Positions 37,582-47,667 of a DNA stretch of 64,000 nucleotides are shown in pieces. The stretch is from Anaerohalosphaeraceae bacterium. Its GTDB lineage: Bacteria > Planctomycetota > Phycisphaerae > Sedimentisphaerales > Anaerohalosphaeraceae. Numbering within the stretch: the first letter of the stretch is position 1; each line of letters opens with the position of its first letter. Below the pieces are notes generated by a model. That model did not search any database. It saw only the letters and a program-made list of their open reading frames with translations, and was not told the origin of the DNA. The stretch spans positions 1-64,000 of the forward strand of contig CAXXSL010000008.1 in NCBI GenBank assembly GCA_963675525.2. The letters run 5' to 3'. A program made the position numbers and the translations under genes.

Positions 37582-38178
37582 ATGGCAAGGAAAAAAGCAA
37601 AACAGCTAACGAAAAAACAACTGGACTTTTATCAAGCCCTGCTGATGGAAAAGATGAAAGAGATCCTCGGGGATGTGTGCTCGATGGAAGAAAGCGTCTT
37701 TCAGAGCGGTGGCGAATTGTCCAGTATGCCGGTACATCTGGCGGATATCGGAACCGACAGCTATGAACAGGAATTCAGCCTTGGCTTGGTGGCCGAGGAA
37801 CGCAAAACCCTGATCGAGATACAGCAGGCACTGGCCCGTATCCAGAACGGCACTTTCGGCTTCTGCGAAGGGTTGGGAACACCCATTGAAGAAAATCGGC
37901 TTGAGGCGATCCCGTGGACTCGCTACAGTCTGGAATACGCCCGGATGATCGAAAGCGGAAAAGTCATGAAAGTGGATAATTTCAGACACAGACCAATCGA
38001 TATCCAGCGGGAGATGGACGAAGAAGACGAAGACAATGAACCGCTTGACGCCGAAGATGTCGAACTGCCCGACGAAGAAATGGACGGCGAGGAAACCGGA
38101 TCACTTGATGACCTACAGGAAGAAGAAGATTACGACGAGGACGATGAAGATGTCGAACGGCAGCGGGATTCGGCCTGA
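37582..38178 (+). CDS. dksA: TraR/DksA family regulator with degenerate zinc finger and acidic tail
   Basis: HLADIGTD coiled-coil tip; ALARIQNGTFGFCEGLGTPIEENRLEAIPWTRYS. Confidence 0.8.
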   Translation: MARKKAKQLTKKQLDFYQALLMEKMKEILGDVCSMEESVFQSGGELSSMPVHLADIGTDSYEQEFSLGLVAEERKTLIEIQQALARIQNGTFGFCEGLGTPIEENRLEAIPWTRYSLEYARMIESGKVMKVDNFRHRPIDIQREMDEEDEDNEPLDAEDVELPDEEMDGEETGSLDDLQEEEDYDEDDEDVERQRDSA

Positions 38179-38232
38179 GACGTCTCTTCGGAATATTTCG
38201 TTCCAATTAAATAACCTTGATAAATCCAAGAT

Positions 38233-38280
38233 AACCCCTAAAATAAGTGTTAACGTTAACGCTTGTTTTAGGGGTTTTTT
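38233..38280 (+). terminator. 44-bp near-perfect palindrome plus T-run directly before the next ATG
   Basis: aacccctaaaataagtgttaac|gttaacgcttgttttaggggtt-tttt-ATG. Confidence 0.6.
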
Positions 38281-39147
38281 ATGAGCATAAAAAAGTACTT
38301 TCAATTCAGAGCATTCGTATCTCTCCTTACTGGTTTCTCTTTTCTGGTAGCCCTGGCCTCCGGTATTATACTGTATATCACCCCGCAAGGCCGAATTGCT
38401 AACTGGACAAATTGGACATTTTGGGAACTGACCAAGCACGAATGGATCGCGTTACACATCTGCTTCAACGCATTGTTTGCCATTGCTTCGACCCTGCATA
38501 TCTGGTTGAACTGGAAAGCAATACTCAGCTATTTTTCCGGAAAGCTTCAGCACGTGTCAAGATTTCGGATTGAATGGTTAATGGCCCTGATCATCTGCGT
38601 CGCTGTTTATTGGGGAGCCTTAAAACCTTTTGCACCATTCAGTTCCCTGCTGGACCTCAATCAACGAATTAAACTCAGCTGGGCGACTCCCAAAAAGGCT
38701 CCACCAATTCCACATGCTGAGTTATTTACTGTTGAGGAACTGGCGAAAGAAGCGGATGTTGACCTCGAAACCATCCTGGCGAATCTGCGATCAAAAAATA
38801 TTGAAGCGGCCAGAACAGATGTATTCGGCCAAATCGCCGAACAGGCCGGTCTTTCTCCGGATGAACTCTACCAGATAGCAATAGGTCATTTGCAAAAAGA
38901 ACGGCAAGGCGGCCAAAGACGTGGTGGAGAAAAAGGTGGTGCCGGTGGAGGTGGTAGTGGCGGCGGTGGCTTCGGACAGAAAACACTCAAGCAAGTCTGT
39001 CAGGAGATGAATATATCATCGCAGGAAGCTGTCGATATCTTAAACACAGCCGGCATTAGCGCTTCAGCCGACGAAACGATCCGAACGATCGCCGACAAAA
39101 ATAATATCCACCCCAGTGAAATTCGACAACTGCTTGGAACACAATAA
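38281..39147 (+). CDS. DUF4405 domain membrane protein
   Basis: SGIILYITPQGRIANW, W..LH and HIWLNWK; Gly-rich linker and repeated helical C-terminal domains. Confidence 0.8.
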   Translation: MSIKKYFQFRAFVSLLTGFSFLVALASGIILYITPQGRIANWTNWTFWELTKHEWIALHICFNALFAIASTLHIWLNWKAILSYFSGKLQHVSRFRIEWLMALIICVAVYWGALKPFAPFSSLLDLNQRIKLSWATPKKAPPIPHAELFTVEELAKEADVDLETILANLRSKNIEAARTDVFGQIAEQAGLSPDELYQIAIGHLQKERQGGQRRGGEKGGAGGGGSGGGGFGQKTLKQVCQEMNISSQEAVDILNTAGISASADETIRTIADKNNIHPSEIRQLLGTQ

Positions 39148-39167
39148 TCTCGAAGGGAGCATCAACA

Positions 39168-40577
39168 ATGGCTTGGAACATTCGAATCGTCAGTACATAT
39201 CCGCCGCGGCGTTGCGGGATCGGCACTTTCAGCAGAGACTTATCCAATGCGTTATCGCAATTTACGGGCGAGATCGGTCATATCCGCATCGCCGCGATTG
39301 ACAATAATCATGGCCCCTACAACATCCCGGTCGATCTGGTCATTGATCAATACAATCCGCAATCATGGAAAAACGTGACAACGGAAATTATCACACGGGC
39401 GAAAGAAAGTAACAACCCCACGGCGATTGTCCTGCAGCATGAATTTGGGTTGGATCCGGATGAACAGGGCAATGAAGGTACCGGGTGCCATTATGTCGAT
39501 ATCGCCAAAGCCTGCCGAGAGAATAATTTGACATGCCTGATCTATCTCCACACGGTGCTGGAGAGACCCAACGACCATCAGCGGCAAACCGTGATCGATC
39601 TGGCCGAGTATTCCAGCGGGCTTATCGTGACCACCGAAAGCGCAATCGACATACTTGAAAGCGACGCTTACAGCATCAGCCATTTCAAGCTCAAGCATAT
39701 TGACCACGGGGTTCGCATGCGCCAGCCGACACAGTTTGACCGGTTTGAGATCAAGTCTGAACTCGGCATTAACGATATTTTTCTGGCAACCACACTGGGA
39801 CTACTCAGCCCGGGTAAGGGTGTCCAGTACAGCATCCGGGCCTATGGCCGATTTATTCACGAATCCTGCACGTCCGCCCAGCGGCAGCATATTGTCTACC
39901 TGATCGGCGGCCAATGCCATCCGGAATTTGTCAAAGCCGACGGCGGAAGTTACTATCGAGAGTTTATGGAGGAAATCGAGAAATCGCTTAACGAGTCCGA
40001 TTTAAAATGGTGCACCGTAACAAACACGGAGAATGTCGACTGGCTCGGTAATGATGTCATTTTTCTGAACCAATTTATGGATGAAAGTGCGTTGTTGAAA
40101 ATATATGGTGCCACGAATGTCATGATCTTGCCATATCTGAACATGGAGCAAATCTCAAGCGGTATCCTGGCCGATACGATCGGTTCGGGCCGGGTCGCAA
40201 TCGCCACGAAGTTCCGTTATGCACTGGAATTGATCTACTCCAACAAGACTTGCCCGACGGGGGTTGTCATCGGGCGATTTGCACGGGGGATTCTGGTTGA
40301 TCCGGAAGAGGCTTCCGTCGAGCAGATTGCCAGTGCGTTGGATTTTCTGGTCTTCGAAAAAGACAAACGCCTGCGGATGGAAAAAGAGGCGCATCAACGC
40401 GGTTACCAGATGCGATGGGCCAACAGCGCCTGGGGACTGGTGCAATACATTGAGTTCGTCAGTGAAGAAAAGGAAATCACCACCGGCCGCGGCATAAAGT
40501 TTTTGCGTGAAAAGTCATCAAAGCTGACAATCAAAACCAAGCGAATGGTCAGTCCGTCCGATTCGCCGCTAACCTGA
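39168..40577 (+). CDS. GT4-like glycosyltransferase
   Basis: STYPPRRCGIGTF, LQHEFG, GLLSPGKG and PYLNMEQISSG. Confidence 0.85.
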   Translation: MAWNIRIVSTYPPRRCGIGTFSRDLSNALSQFTGEIGHIRIAAIDNNHGPYNIPVDLVIDQYNPQSWKNVTTEIITRAKESNNPTAIVLQHEFGLDPDEQGNEGTGCHYVDIAKACRENNLTCLIYLHTVLERPNDHQRQTVIDLAEYSSGLIVTTESAIDILESDAYSISHFKLKHIDHGVRMRQPTQFDRFEIKSELGINDIFLATTLGLLSPGKGVQYSIRAYGRFIHESCTSAQRQHIVYLIGGQCHPEFVKADGGSYYREFMEEIEKSLNESDLKWCTVTNTENVDWLGNDVIFLNQFMDESALLKIYGATNVMILPYLNMEQISSGILADTIGSGRVAIATKFRYALELIYSNKTCPTGVVIGRFARGILVDPEEASVEQIASALDFLVFEKDKRLRMEKEAHQRGYQMRWANSAWGLVQYIEFVSEEKEITTGRGIKFLREKSSKLTIKTKRMVSPSDSPLT

Positions 40578-40602
40578 TATCCTAATTCCCGCAAAACCCA
40601 AT

Positions 40603-42294
40603 CTACACAAAATAGGCTTTGAGGACGTATTGCTGCATCATGCGCTGGGTGTTGAAGAAGGAACCGTTCAGGGCGATGGCGTGCAGCATCATCGAACAAA
40701 ACCGCGGATGGTCGTTGTAATACAAATCGACGACATGCTCTAATTTCTCGTACAGCCACTGTGCGTCCTGTGCGCGGTCGGGCTGTTCTTTGAGGCGATG
40801 GTTGTGCCCGATGGCCCAGCCGGTGACGCCTTCGATGCAGCCTTCGATCCACCAGCCGTCCAGAATACTCAGGGAAGGCACACCGTTTAAGGCCGCTTTC
40901 ATGCCGCTGGTGCCGGAGGCCTCCAATGGCGGCTGGGGTGTATTGAGCCAGACATCCACCCCCGCCGTCATCAAGCGACCGATGGACATATCGTAATTGG
41001 GCAGATAGGCAATGCGAATGCTGTCATGCAAATCCCTCGCGGACGCGTAAATTTGTTTGATCAATTCCTTGCCCTCGGTATCCCGGGGATGGGCCTTTCC
41101 CGCAAACACAATTTGAAAACGTCCGATTTCGGAAGCGATTTTGCGCAGCCGGTCTAAGTCCGTAAAAATCAGGTCGGCCCGTTTATAACTGGCAGCCCGG
41201 CGGGCAAACCCCAGCGTCAGGATATCGGCATCCATTCCGGTATTGCTGTATTGATTGACATGCTCGATCAAATCACGTTTTGCTTCGGCATGGGCTTTTT
41301 GGATATCCGCACAGGAAATCCCCAGCGCATACCGCAGACTGAAATTATCCTCGCGCCAACCGGGAATGTGTTCGTCAAATAACTTCCGAAACGGTTCCGA
41401 CGCCCACCGGCCGGCATGAATGCCGTTGGTAATGGCGTCAATTTTATAGCCGACAAACATTTGACGTGATACTTCGCCGTGTTTTTTGGCAACACCGTTC
41501 ACATAACTGCTCAGGCTCAGCGCCAGATACGTCATGTTCAAAACCTTATCACAGCAAAACACACCTTCCAAGGCAAAGGCGTCGTGGGACCCCAAAACCT
41601 GATGCACCAAATCCATCGGAAACTGGTCATGACCGGCAGCCACGGGGGTATGCGTCGTGAAAACGCACTGCCTGCGAACCGCCTCGACATCCTCTGCGGT
41701 GATCACCGCATCATCGCCCTTCTTTTGAAGCTGTTCTTCAAGCAGTTCCAGCGTCAGAAGGCCGGCGTGCCCTTCGTTCATGTGGAAGCGTTCGATCTGA
41801 TCGTATCCGAGGGCGCGAAGCATCTTGACGCCGCCAATTCCAAGAATGATTTCCTGGCACAAACGGTAATGAGCTTCATGGCCATATAAGTGGTCGGTCA
41901 AGGTACGATCCGAATCGGCATTTTCCTCCAGATCGGTATCCAACAGATAAACCGGGACGGTATAGCCCGAAATTCCCTTGAGTTCATATTTCCAGGCACG
42001 AATCTTTACCGGGCGTCCTTCCACGGACACCACCACTTTTTCCGATTGCTCGGCGGCATAATCTTCGGGGATCCACGCAACCGGTTCTTCGGTTTGCCAG
42101 CCGTCATCTGCTAGTTTTTGAAAAAAATACCCTTTTCGATACAGCAGCGTCACAGCAACAATCGGCACCCCTAAATCGGCCGCAGATTGAATCGTGTCAC
42201 CGGCGAGAATCCCCAGTCCACCGCTATAGGTGGGCATTGCTTCTTCGAGTCCGATCTCCATTGAAAAATATGCAATTCGTCTTTCGTTCGCCAA
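40603..42294 (-). CDS. glgP: Alpha-glucan phosphorylase (short form)
   Basis: [31 protein letters not shown] and [17 protein letters not shown] 42294 has SD AAGGAG. Confidence 0.93.
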   Translation of the reverse strand: MANERRIAYFSMEIGLEEAMPTYSGGLGILAGDTIQSAADLGVPIVAVTLLYRKGYFFQKLADDGWQTEEPVAWIPEDYAAEQSEKVVVSVEGRPVKIRAWKYELKGISGYTVPVYLLDTDLEENADSDRTLTDHLYGHEAHYRLCQEIILGIGGVKMLRALGYDQIERFHMNEGHAGLLTLELLEEQLQKKGDDAVITAEDVEAVRRQCVFTTHTPVAAGHDQFPMDLVHQVLGSHDAFALEGVFCCDKVLNMTYLALSLSSYVNGVAKKHGEVSRQMFVGYKIDAITNGIHAGRWASEPFRKLFDEHIPGWREDNFSLRYALGISCADIQKAHAEAKRDLIEHVNQYSNTGMDADILTLGFARRAASYKRADLIFTDLDRLRKIASEIGRFQIVFAGKAHPRDTEGKELIKQIYASARDLHDSIRIAYLPNYDMSIGRLMTAGVDVWLNTPQPPLEASGTSGMKAALNGVPSLSILDGWWIEGCIEGVTGWAIGHNHRLKEQPDRAQDAQWLYEKLEHVVDLYYNDHPRFCSMMLHAIALNGSFFNTQRMMQQYVLKAYFV

Positions 42295-42310
42295 GGCTGT
42301 TCTCCTTAGA

Positions 42311-43252
42311 TCAATGTTCTTCAAAAGGACCGGAATCCGTTTCCAATGCATCCAATACTCGTTTAAGGCTAACAATGGCCAAACACACACAGGTGTCGGC
42401 GGCGCCATAATAAATCCACAGATCATCCTCCCGTCGTATCATCCCTGTTGGGAACACAATATTGGGAACCAGTCCGCTGACCTCATACGGTTCCATCGCT
42501 TTAAACAAACACCGCGGCGTACGAGCGATGACTTTGTGCGGTTTATCCCGATCCAGTAAGGCCGCGCCAACACGATAGACCATTTGTCCGGCATAGCCTT
42601 TGACGCCATGATACAACAGCAGCCACCCGCGGTCGGTCAGCAGCGGCGGCGGCCCGGCGCCCACCTTTACTGCATCCCATGCGGGGCCGTTGCCTCCACG
42701 CAATACACAATGCGGCTGTCCCCAGTGAACCAGATCGGGCGAATACGCCAGCCATATATTCTCAACTCCCCCGCCGGCATTAGGACGCTGCACGATGGCC
42801 CAGCGGTCCTTGAATTTAACGGGAAACAAACACGCATCTTTATTGTTAGGCGGCAGAATCAAGCCGAGACGTTCGACTTTTTTGAAATCTTTAGTTTTGG
42901 CAAGTCCGACCGCTGCTCCGGCAGGCGAATAAGCGGTATAAGTAATATACCATGCTTTTTGTTCGTCGATCCAACTGACACGGGCATCTTCGCATCCCCA
43001 TTGCTCATATTTCCATTGCTTAAGACCACACTGCAAAAGAGCGGTCGGAGCAATCTGCCAATCCGTAACCCCGTTGTCGCTTCGAGCAGTATAGATGCTG
43101 GAAAAGCCGTTGGTATCTTCCACGCGGAGCAACAGAACGACCTGCCCGTTTACTTCCACGGCACCAGGGTTTAAAACGGCTTCGGCATGAAACGGCATGT
43201 CCTTTGCCGTCAAAATCGGGTTGTGTTCTGAGCGTTTGAAAATCGGCTTCAT
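42311..43252 (-). CDS. GH130 glycoside phosphorylase/hydrolase
   Basis: [23 protein letters not shown] and NIVFPTG. Confidence 0.88.
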   Translation of the reverse strand: MKPIFKRSEHNPILTAKDMPFHAEAVLNPGAVEVNGQVVLLLRVEDTNGFSSIYTARSDNGVTDWQIAPTALLQCGLKQWKYEQWGCEDARVSWIDEQKAWYITYTAYSPAGAAVGLAKTKDFKKVERLGLILPPNNKDACLFPVKFKDRWAIVQRPNAGGGVENIWLAYSPDLVHWGQPHCVLRGGNGPAWDAVKVGAGPPPLLTDRGWLLLYHGVKGYAGQMVYRVGAALLDRDKPHKVIARTPRCLFKAMEPYEVSGLVPNIVFPTGMIRREDDLWIYYGAADTCVCLAIVSLKRVLDALETDSGPFEEH

Positions 43253-43529
43253 AAATAATAATTCCTTGGCATCTATAGAAATCGCGACAATTCGCATTTC
43301 ACTTTCGATTGCCTGATTTTATGATATAGCGAAAATAGGGATTGTCAAGAATTAAGCTACCTCGGCTAAAAGCAACTAAAACAAAATCTCCTCTTAAGTA
43401 AAGATGAACACTCGGCAGGTAAATGGGTTTTTCTGTTGATTTTTGTGTTCAGAAGCGATAAAATTATTCGTTTGCTTTCTCGTTGAAAATCAGGTTCCTT
43501 TTTGTAATCTCATAAAATCAGGGAGTTTT

Positions 43530-45395
43530 ATGTCTTTAACCGAACATATTCGTAACGTGGCGATCATCGCTCACGTTGACCACGGCAAAACGAGCCTGCT
43601 GGACCAGTTGTTATATCAATCGGGCATGTTTCGCGATGCTGAACTGGACAAACTGGCTGGCGGCCAACACGGTCTGATTATGGACTCCAATCCTCTGGAA
43701 CGGGAACGGGGTATTACGATCTTGAGTAAAAACTGTGCAATCCAGTACACCACCCCGGATGGTGAGGAGTACAAGATCAATATCATTGATACGCCGGGAC
43801 ACGCTGATTTTGGCGGCGAAGTCGAACGGGTACTGCAAATGGCCGACGGGGTTTTGCTGGTCGTGGACGCCTTTGAGGGACCGATGCCGCAGACACGATT
43901 TGTGCTGACCAAGGCCCTCCAGCACGGACTCAAACCTATTGTCGTGATCAACAAGATCGACCGCACGGATGCAAGGCCCGATGACGTTGTCAACGAGGTG
44001 TTTGATTTGTTTGTCGCCCTGAAAGCCAACGATAATGCACTGGACTTTCCAATCCTGTTTGCCTCGGCCAAGAACGGCTGGGCCACAGCGGACCTGCATG
44101 TCGAAAACGACAATATGCAGCCGATCTTTGACGCCATCATCCACCATGTACCGACCCCTAAGGATAACCCGAACGCCCCGCTTCAAATGATGGTCACCTC
44201 GCTGGACTATTCGGATTACCTCGGACGGATTGCGGTCGGACGCGTCGTTGCCGGTTCCGTTTCTCAAGCAGAAAAGATCGCTGTTATCGATGTCGAAGGA
44301 AAGCATACACAGCAAAAGGTCACCCAGCTTTACAGTTTTGACGGCCTGAGTAAGATACAAATCGAAAAGGTTGTTGCCGGCGACATCTGCGCAATTGCCG
44401 GGCTGGACCCGGTGGATATCGGTAACACAATTGCGTGCGCCGATAAACCCAGCGCCCTGCCGATTGTGGCCGTGGACGAACCGACGATGCACATGACCTT
44501 CCGCATTAATGACGGTCCGTTCGCCGGGCAGGAAGGTAAATACGTTGCCAGCCGCCAGATCAAAGAACGGCTGGAGAAAGAATTACAGGTCAATGTCGCG
44601 CTGCGTGTGGAGCCGGGCGCCACGCCGGAAGAATTCAAGGTTTCCGGACGCGGGCTGATGCATTTGGGGATCCTGCTGGAGAATATGCGGCGGGAAGGCT
44701 TTGAACTTTGCGTCGGCAAACCCAACGTCATTATCCGTTACGTTGATGGTCTGCGGCAGGAACCGATCGAACGACTGGCTGTCGACTGCCCGATTGAATG
44801 CCAAAGCCCCGTTATGAGTCTGCTGGGCGACCGACGTAGTGAAATGATCAGTATGGATGCGAAAAGCGGTTCGGACGATTATATCCACATGGAATTTATG
44901 ATTCCGTCGCGCGGGCTGTTCGGGCTGCATGCCAGAATCCTGACCGCCACACAGGGACGTGCGGTTATGCATCACACGTTTGAACGCTATGAACCGATGC
45001 GCGGGACGATTCCGCAGCGGCAGGCCGGCGTGATGATCGCCACGGAAACCGGCGTCGTCACCGCGTACGCACTGGACAGCCTTTATGACCGCGGCATCTT
45101 CTTTGTCGCACCGGGCGAACAGGTTTACAACGGCCAGGTCGTTGGCGAACATTGCAAGGACAAAGATATTCCCGTCAACCCGACCCGGGCCAAACAATTG
45201 ACCAATGTCCGGTCCTCGGGGAAGGACGACGCCGCGAAAGTTCGCCCGCCGCGAATTATGAGTCTGGAAGCAACGCTGGAATATATTCAGGAAGATGAAC
45301 TGGTTGAAATTACACCGAAAGCATTCAGAATACGAAAACGACTGCTGAAAGAAGGCGACCGCAAGCGAGACTCCCGAAAGTCACAAAAAGAATAA
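43530..45395 (+). CDS. typA: Translational GTPase TypA/BipA
   Basis: IRNVAIIAHVDHGKT, ERERGITILSKN, DTPGHADFGGEVER and DELVEITP. Confidence 0.97.
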   Translation: MSLTEHIRNVAIIAHVDHGKTSLLDQLLYQSGMFRDAELDKLAGGQHGLIMDSNPLERERGITILSKNCAIQYTTPDGEEYKINIIDTPGHADFGGEVERVLQMADGVLLVVDAFEGPMPQTRFVLTKALQHGLKPIVVINKIDRTDARPDDVVNEVFDLFVALKANDNALDFPILFASAKNGWATADLHVENDNMQPIFDAIIHHVPTPKDNPNAPLQMMVTSLDYSDYLGRIAVGRVVAGSVSQAEKIAVIDVEGKHTQQKVTQLYSFDGLSKIQIEKVVAGDICAIAGLDPVDIGNTIACADKPSALPIVAVDEPTMHMTFRINDGPFAGQEGKYVASRQIKERLEKELQVNVALRVEPGATPEEFKVSGRGLMHLGILLENMRREGFELCVGKPNVIIRYVDGLRQEPIERLAVDCPIECQSPVMSLLGDRRSEMISMDAKSGSDDYIHMEFMIPSRGLFGLHARILTATQGRAVMHHTFERYEPMRGTIPQRQAGVMIATETGVVTAYALDSLYDRGIFFVAPGEQVYNGQVVGEHCKDKDIPVNPTRAKQLTNVRSSGKDDAAKVRPPRIMSLEATLEYIQEDELVEITPKAFRIRKRLLKEGDRKRDSRKSQKE

Positions 45396-45457
45396 TGGGA
45401 ACGCGGGCGTCTCGCCCGCAACAATAAAAACATGCGACCGGGACGGTCGCGTTCCCA
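45396..45457. repeat. Inverted REP doublet (GGGAAC-GCG...CGC type)
   Basis: tgggaacgcgggcgtctcgcccgca, 12 nt, then tgcgaccgggacggtcgcgttccca. Confidence 0.8.
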
Positions 45458-45467
45458 ATCAATAAAG

Positions 45468-45509
45468 CTCTCCCCCTGCCAAGGGGGAGTACCCCGAGGG
45501 GGGGAGGGG
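45468..45509 (+). repeat. CTCCCCCT-gcca-AGGGGGAG palindromic repeat
   Basis: Hairpin followed by a G-rich tail; single copy in the window. Confidence 0.6.
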
Positions 45510-45534
45510 ATACAAAAAACGGAAAAACTCCATA

Positions 45535-45617
45535 AGCCCGGAGGGCTGAAAAGATAATAGCCGGGGGTGTAAACCCCCGGAAAGAAAGCCCTCAACCCCA
45601 AAGCCCCGGAGGGGCGA
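45535..45617 (+). repeat. Three-hairpin AGCCC...GGGGGTGTAAACCCCCGG...GCCCCGGAGGGGCGA repeat
   Basis: Matches 10956-11041 (inverted) and 8726-8790. Confidence 0.8.
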
Positions 45618-45655
45618 GATGTGTATCTCGCCCAAAACATTCATATTTTTTTACA

Positions 45656-45684
45656 TTGACGACGGGATTAGTCAAGGGTACGAT
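45656..45684 (+). promoter_or_regulatory. sigma70 promoter with an embedded TTGAC-N10-GTCAA palindrome
   Basis: TTGACG-N17-TACGAT. Confidence 0.55.
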
Positions 45685-45713
45685 TGAGAAAAACAAAGGA
45701 GTAATATGAGAGC

Positions 45714-46211
45714 ATGAAAACGGCACATAGATTTATGGTTGCAGTTGGAATCACTTCGATAATAATGGCAGGACTCGGTTTTTGGTATAATTTAACGTCT
45801 TTGTTTACAGACTTTTCCCATCACACTCAAGATCAAGAATTTGCGTATTTTTTTCCTGCCTTTTACACAATGTCGACCATATGCATCGTTTGTTATGTCG
45901 CCCTCTTGATTTGCGGTGTGCAATTTATTCAGCTTCGCATAGGTTTAGTTAAATTTTTTGTTGGCTTAATCGTATTTGAAGTTATATATTTTTTTTCTAT
46001 AGGTTTCGCGTGGCTAACTCCGGTAATTGGAAGGAGCGTTGCTGCCGCTACGGGTGTTGCCAACGGAGGCATGTCATTTCAAATATTTATCCTGTTTCCA
46101 TTGTGGGCGCCACTTCTGGTTTTATGGTCAGATGGCAAATTAAAAAGCACGGATAATGCAATCGGAAGCAATATTCAAGAAGTTGAAAATTCAGCTAACC
46201 AAGCAAACTAA
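45714..46211 (+). CDS. AT-rich membrane hypothetical protein
   Basis: 165 aa with about 4 hydrophobic segments; SD AAGGAG upstream. Confidence 0.7.
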   Translation: MKTAHRFMVAVGITSIIMAGLGFWYNLTSLFTDFSHHTQDQEFAYFFPAFYTMSTICIVCYVALLICGVQFIQLRIGLVKFFVGLIVFEVIYFFSIGFAWLTPVIGRSVAAATGVANGGMSFQIFILFPLWAPLLVLWSDGKLKSTDNAIGSNIQEVENSANQAN

Positions 46212-46253
46212 CAAGGCCAGAGAGCATTTTTTCATTGAAAGATTACAACGCAC

Positions 46254-47645
46254 ATGATTCAGCCACAGCGAATTCTGCATCGAAACAACAAAGCGATCCA
46301 AAATGGAAAAATTGTTCTGTACTGGATGCAGGCGGCGCAGCGGGCAGAGTGGAATCATGCCCTCGAATACGCAATCAGCGTGGCTAATGAGCGAAAAAAG
46401 CCGGTTTTGGCGGCGTTTTGCATCTCCGATGACTTTCCGGAAGCCAACGAACGGCATTACGCGTTTATGCTGGAAGGCTTGAAGGAAACTCAAGGCTCCC
46501 TTGCCAAACGAAACATCCCACTGGTCGTTTTTCACGGCAAGCCGGAAGAAACCATTCCCAAAATCGCTAAAGACGCGGACCTGCTTGTCATGGATGAAGG
46601 CTATCTGCGCATTCAGCAGCAATGGCGGGATGTTATCGCCGAAGCGGCGGATTGTGCGGTCTGTGAAGTTACCACCAACCTGATCGTTCCGGTCGAAGAA
46701 GCGTCAGAGAAGGAAAATTTCTCCGCGGGGACACTTCGGCCGCGTATTACCAAGCAATTGAAAAAATATCTTATGCCACTGCGACATGTAAAGGCAAATG
46801 CAACCATGTCTTTCGCCTTTGGCGAGAAGACATGCCACCCATTAGGGAAAACGTGCCACCCGTTTAATATAACCAATATTGAAAAGGCATTAAAGAAACT
46901 TTCCATCGACCAGTCGGTTAAGGCATCGCCCTGCTTTTGCGGCGGGACAAGCGAAGCGAAGAAACGTCTAAAGCAATTTATCAAAGACAAGCTGGATGAC
47001 TACGCCGATAGACGCAATGACCCGATCCTGGACTGTCAGTCGAATCTAAGCCCGTATCTGCATTTCGGGCAAATCAGTCCGCTGTACATTGCTTTGGAAA
47101 TTCAAAAAAGTACTGCGAAGAAAAAATGCAAAGATGCCTTTCTGGAAGAATTGATTGTCCGGCGGGAGTTGAGTCATAATTTTGTGTATTATAATCCACA
47201 GTATGATAAATACGATGCTTTGCCGCCGTGGGCTCTGCGAACGCTGAACTTTCACGCCAAAGACAAACGTGAATATACCTATACGATTGAACAATTCGAG
47301 AAAGCCCGAACCCATGACCCCTATTGGAATGCGGCGCAGATTGAAATGGTCATGACCGGAAAAATGCACAACTATCTGCGGATGTACTGGGGCAAGAAAA
47401 TTCTCGAATGGGCAAAAAGCCCAAAAAATGCTTTCAAAATCGCCTTATATCTGAATAATAAGTACGAACTCGACGGCCGCGACCCGAACGGCTTTGCGGG
47501 GGTAGCATGGTGCTTCGGCAAGCACGACCGCGCCTGGGGCGAACGGCCCATTTTCGGCAAAGTCCGTTATATGAATGCGGCGGGTCTGAAACGGAAGTTC
47601 AATATAGATGCTTATGTGAAGAAGATTAACACACTTGTTAAATGA
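46254..47645 (+). CDS. phrB: Class II CPD photolyase
   Basis: VLYWM, NHALEYA, LSPYLHFGQIS, HNYLRMYWGKKILEW, LDGRDPNG and FGKVRYM. Confidence 0.94.
   Translation: MIQPQRILHRNNKAIQNGKIVLYWMQAAQRAEWNHALEYAISVANERKKPVLAAFCISDDFPEANERHYAFMLEGLKETQGSLAKRNIPLVVFHGKPEETIPKIAKDADLLVMDEGYLRIQQQWRDVIAEAADCAVCEVTTNLIVPVEEASEKENFSAGTLRPRITKQLKKYLMPLRHVKANATMSFAFGEKTCHPLGKTCHPFNITNIEKALKKLSIDQSVKASPCFCGGTSEAKKRLKQFIKDKLDDYADRRNDPILDCQSNLSPYLHFGQISPLYIALEIQKSTAKKKCKDAFLEELIVRRELSHNFVYYNPQYDKYDALPPWALRTLNFHAKDKREYTYTIEQFEKARTHDPYWNAAQIEMVMTGKMHNYLRMYWGKKILEWAKSPKNAFKIALYLNNKYELDGRDPNGFAGVAWCFGKHDRAWGERPIFGKVRYMNAAGLKRKFNIDAYVKKINTLVK
46805..46861 (-). repeat. REP-like palindrome in frame inside phrB
   Basis: catgtctt-tcgcc-ttt-ggcga-g-aagacatg-ccaccc, then a partial repeat aaaacgtgccaccc. 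Confidence 0.55.
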
Positions 47646-47667
47646 TATTTTTCAGGAGATGTGAAAA

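Noticed and set aside
43611..45197. Long antisense ORFs opposite typA (and similar ones opposite other genes)
   Set aside because: Shadow ORFs from codon bias with no recognisable motifs.
46192..46230. ctaacaaggcc at the stop of the orphan gene, resembling an integron attC start
   Set aside because: No complementary GTTRRRY end or L boxes were found, and there is no integrase in the window.
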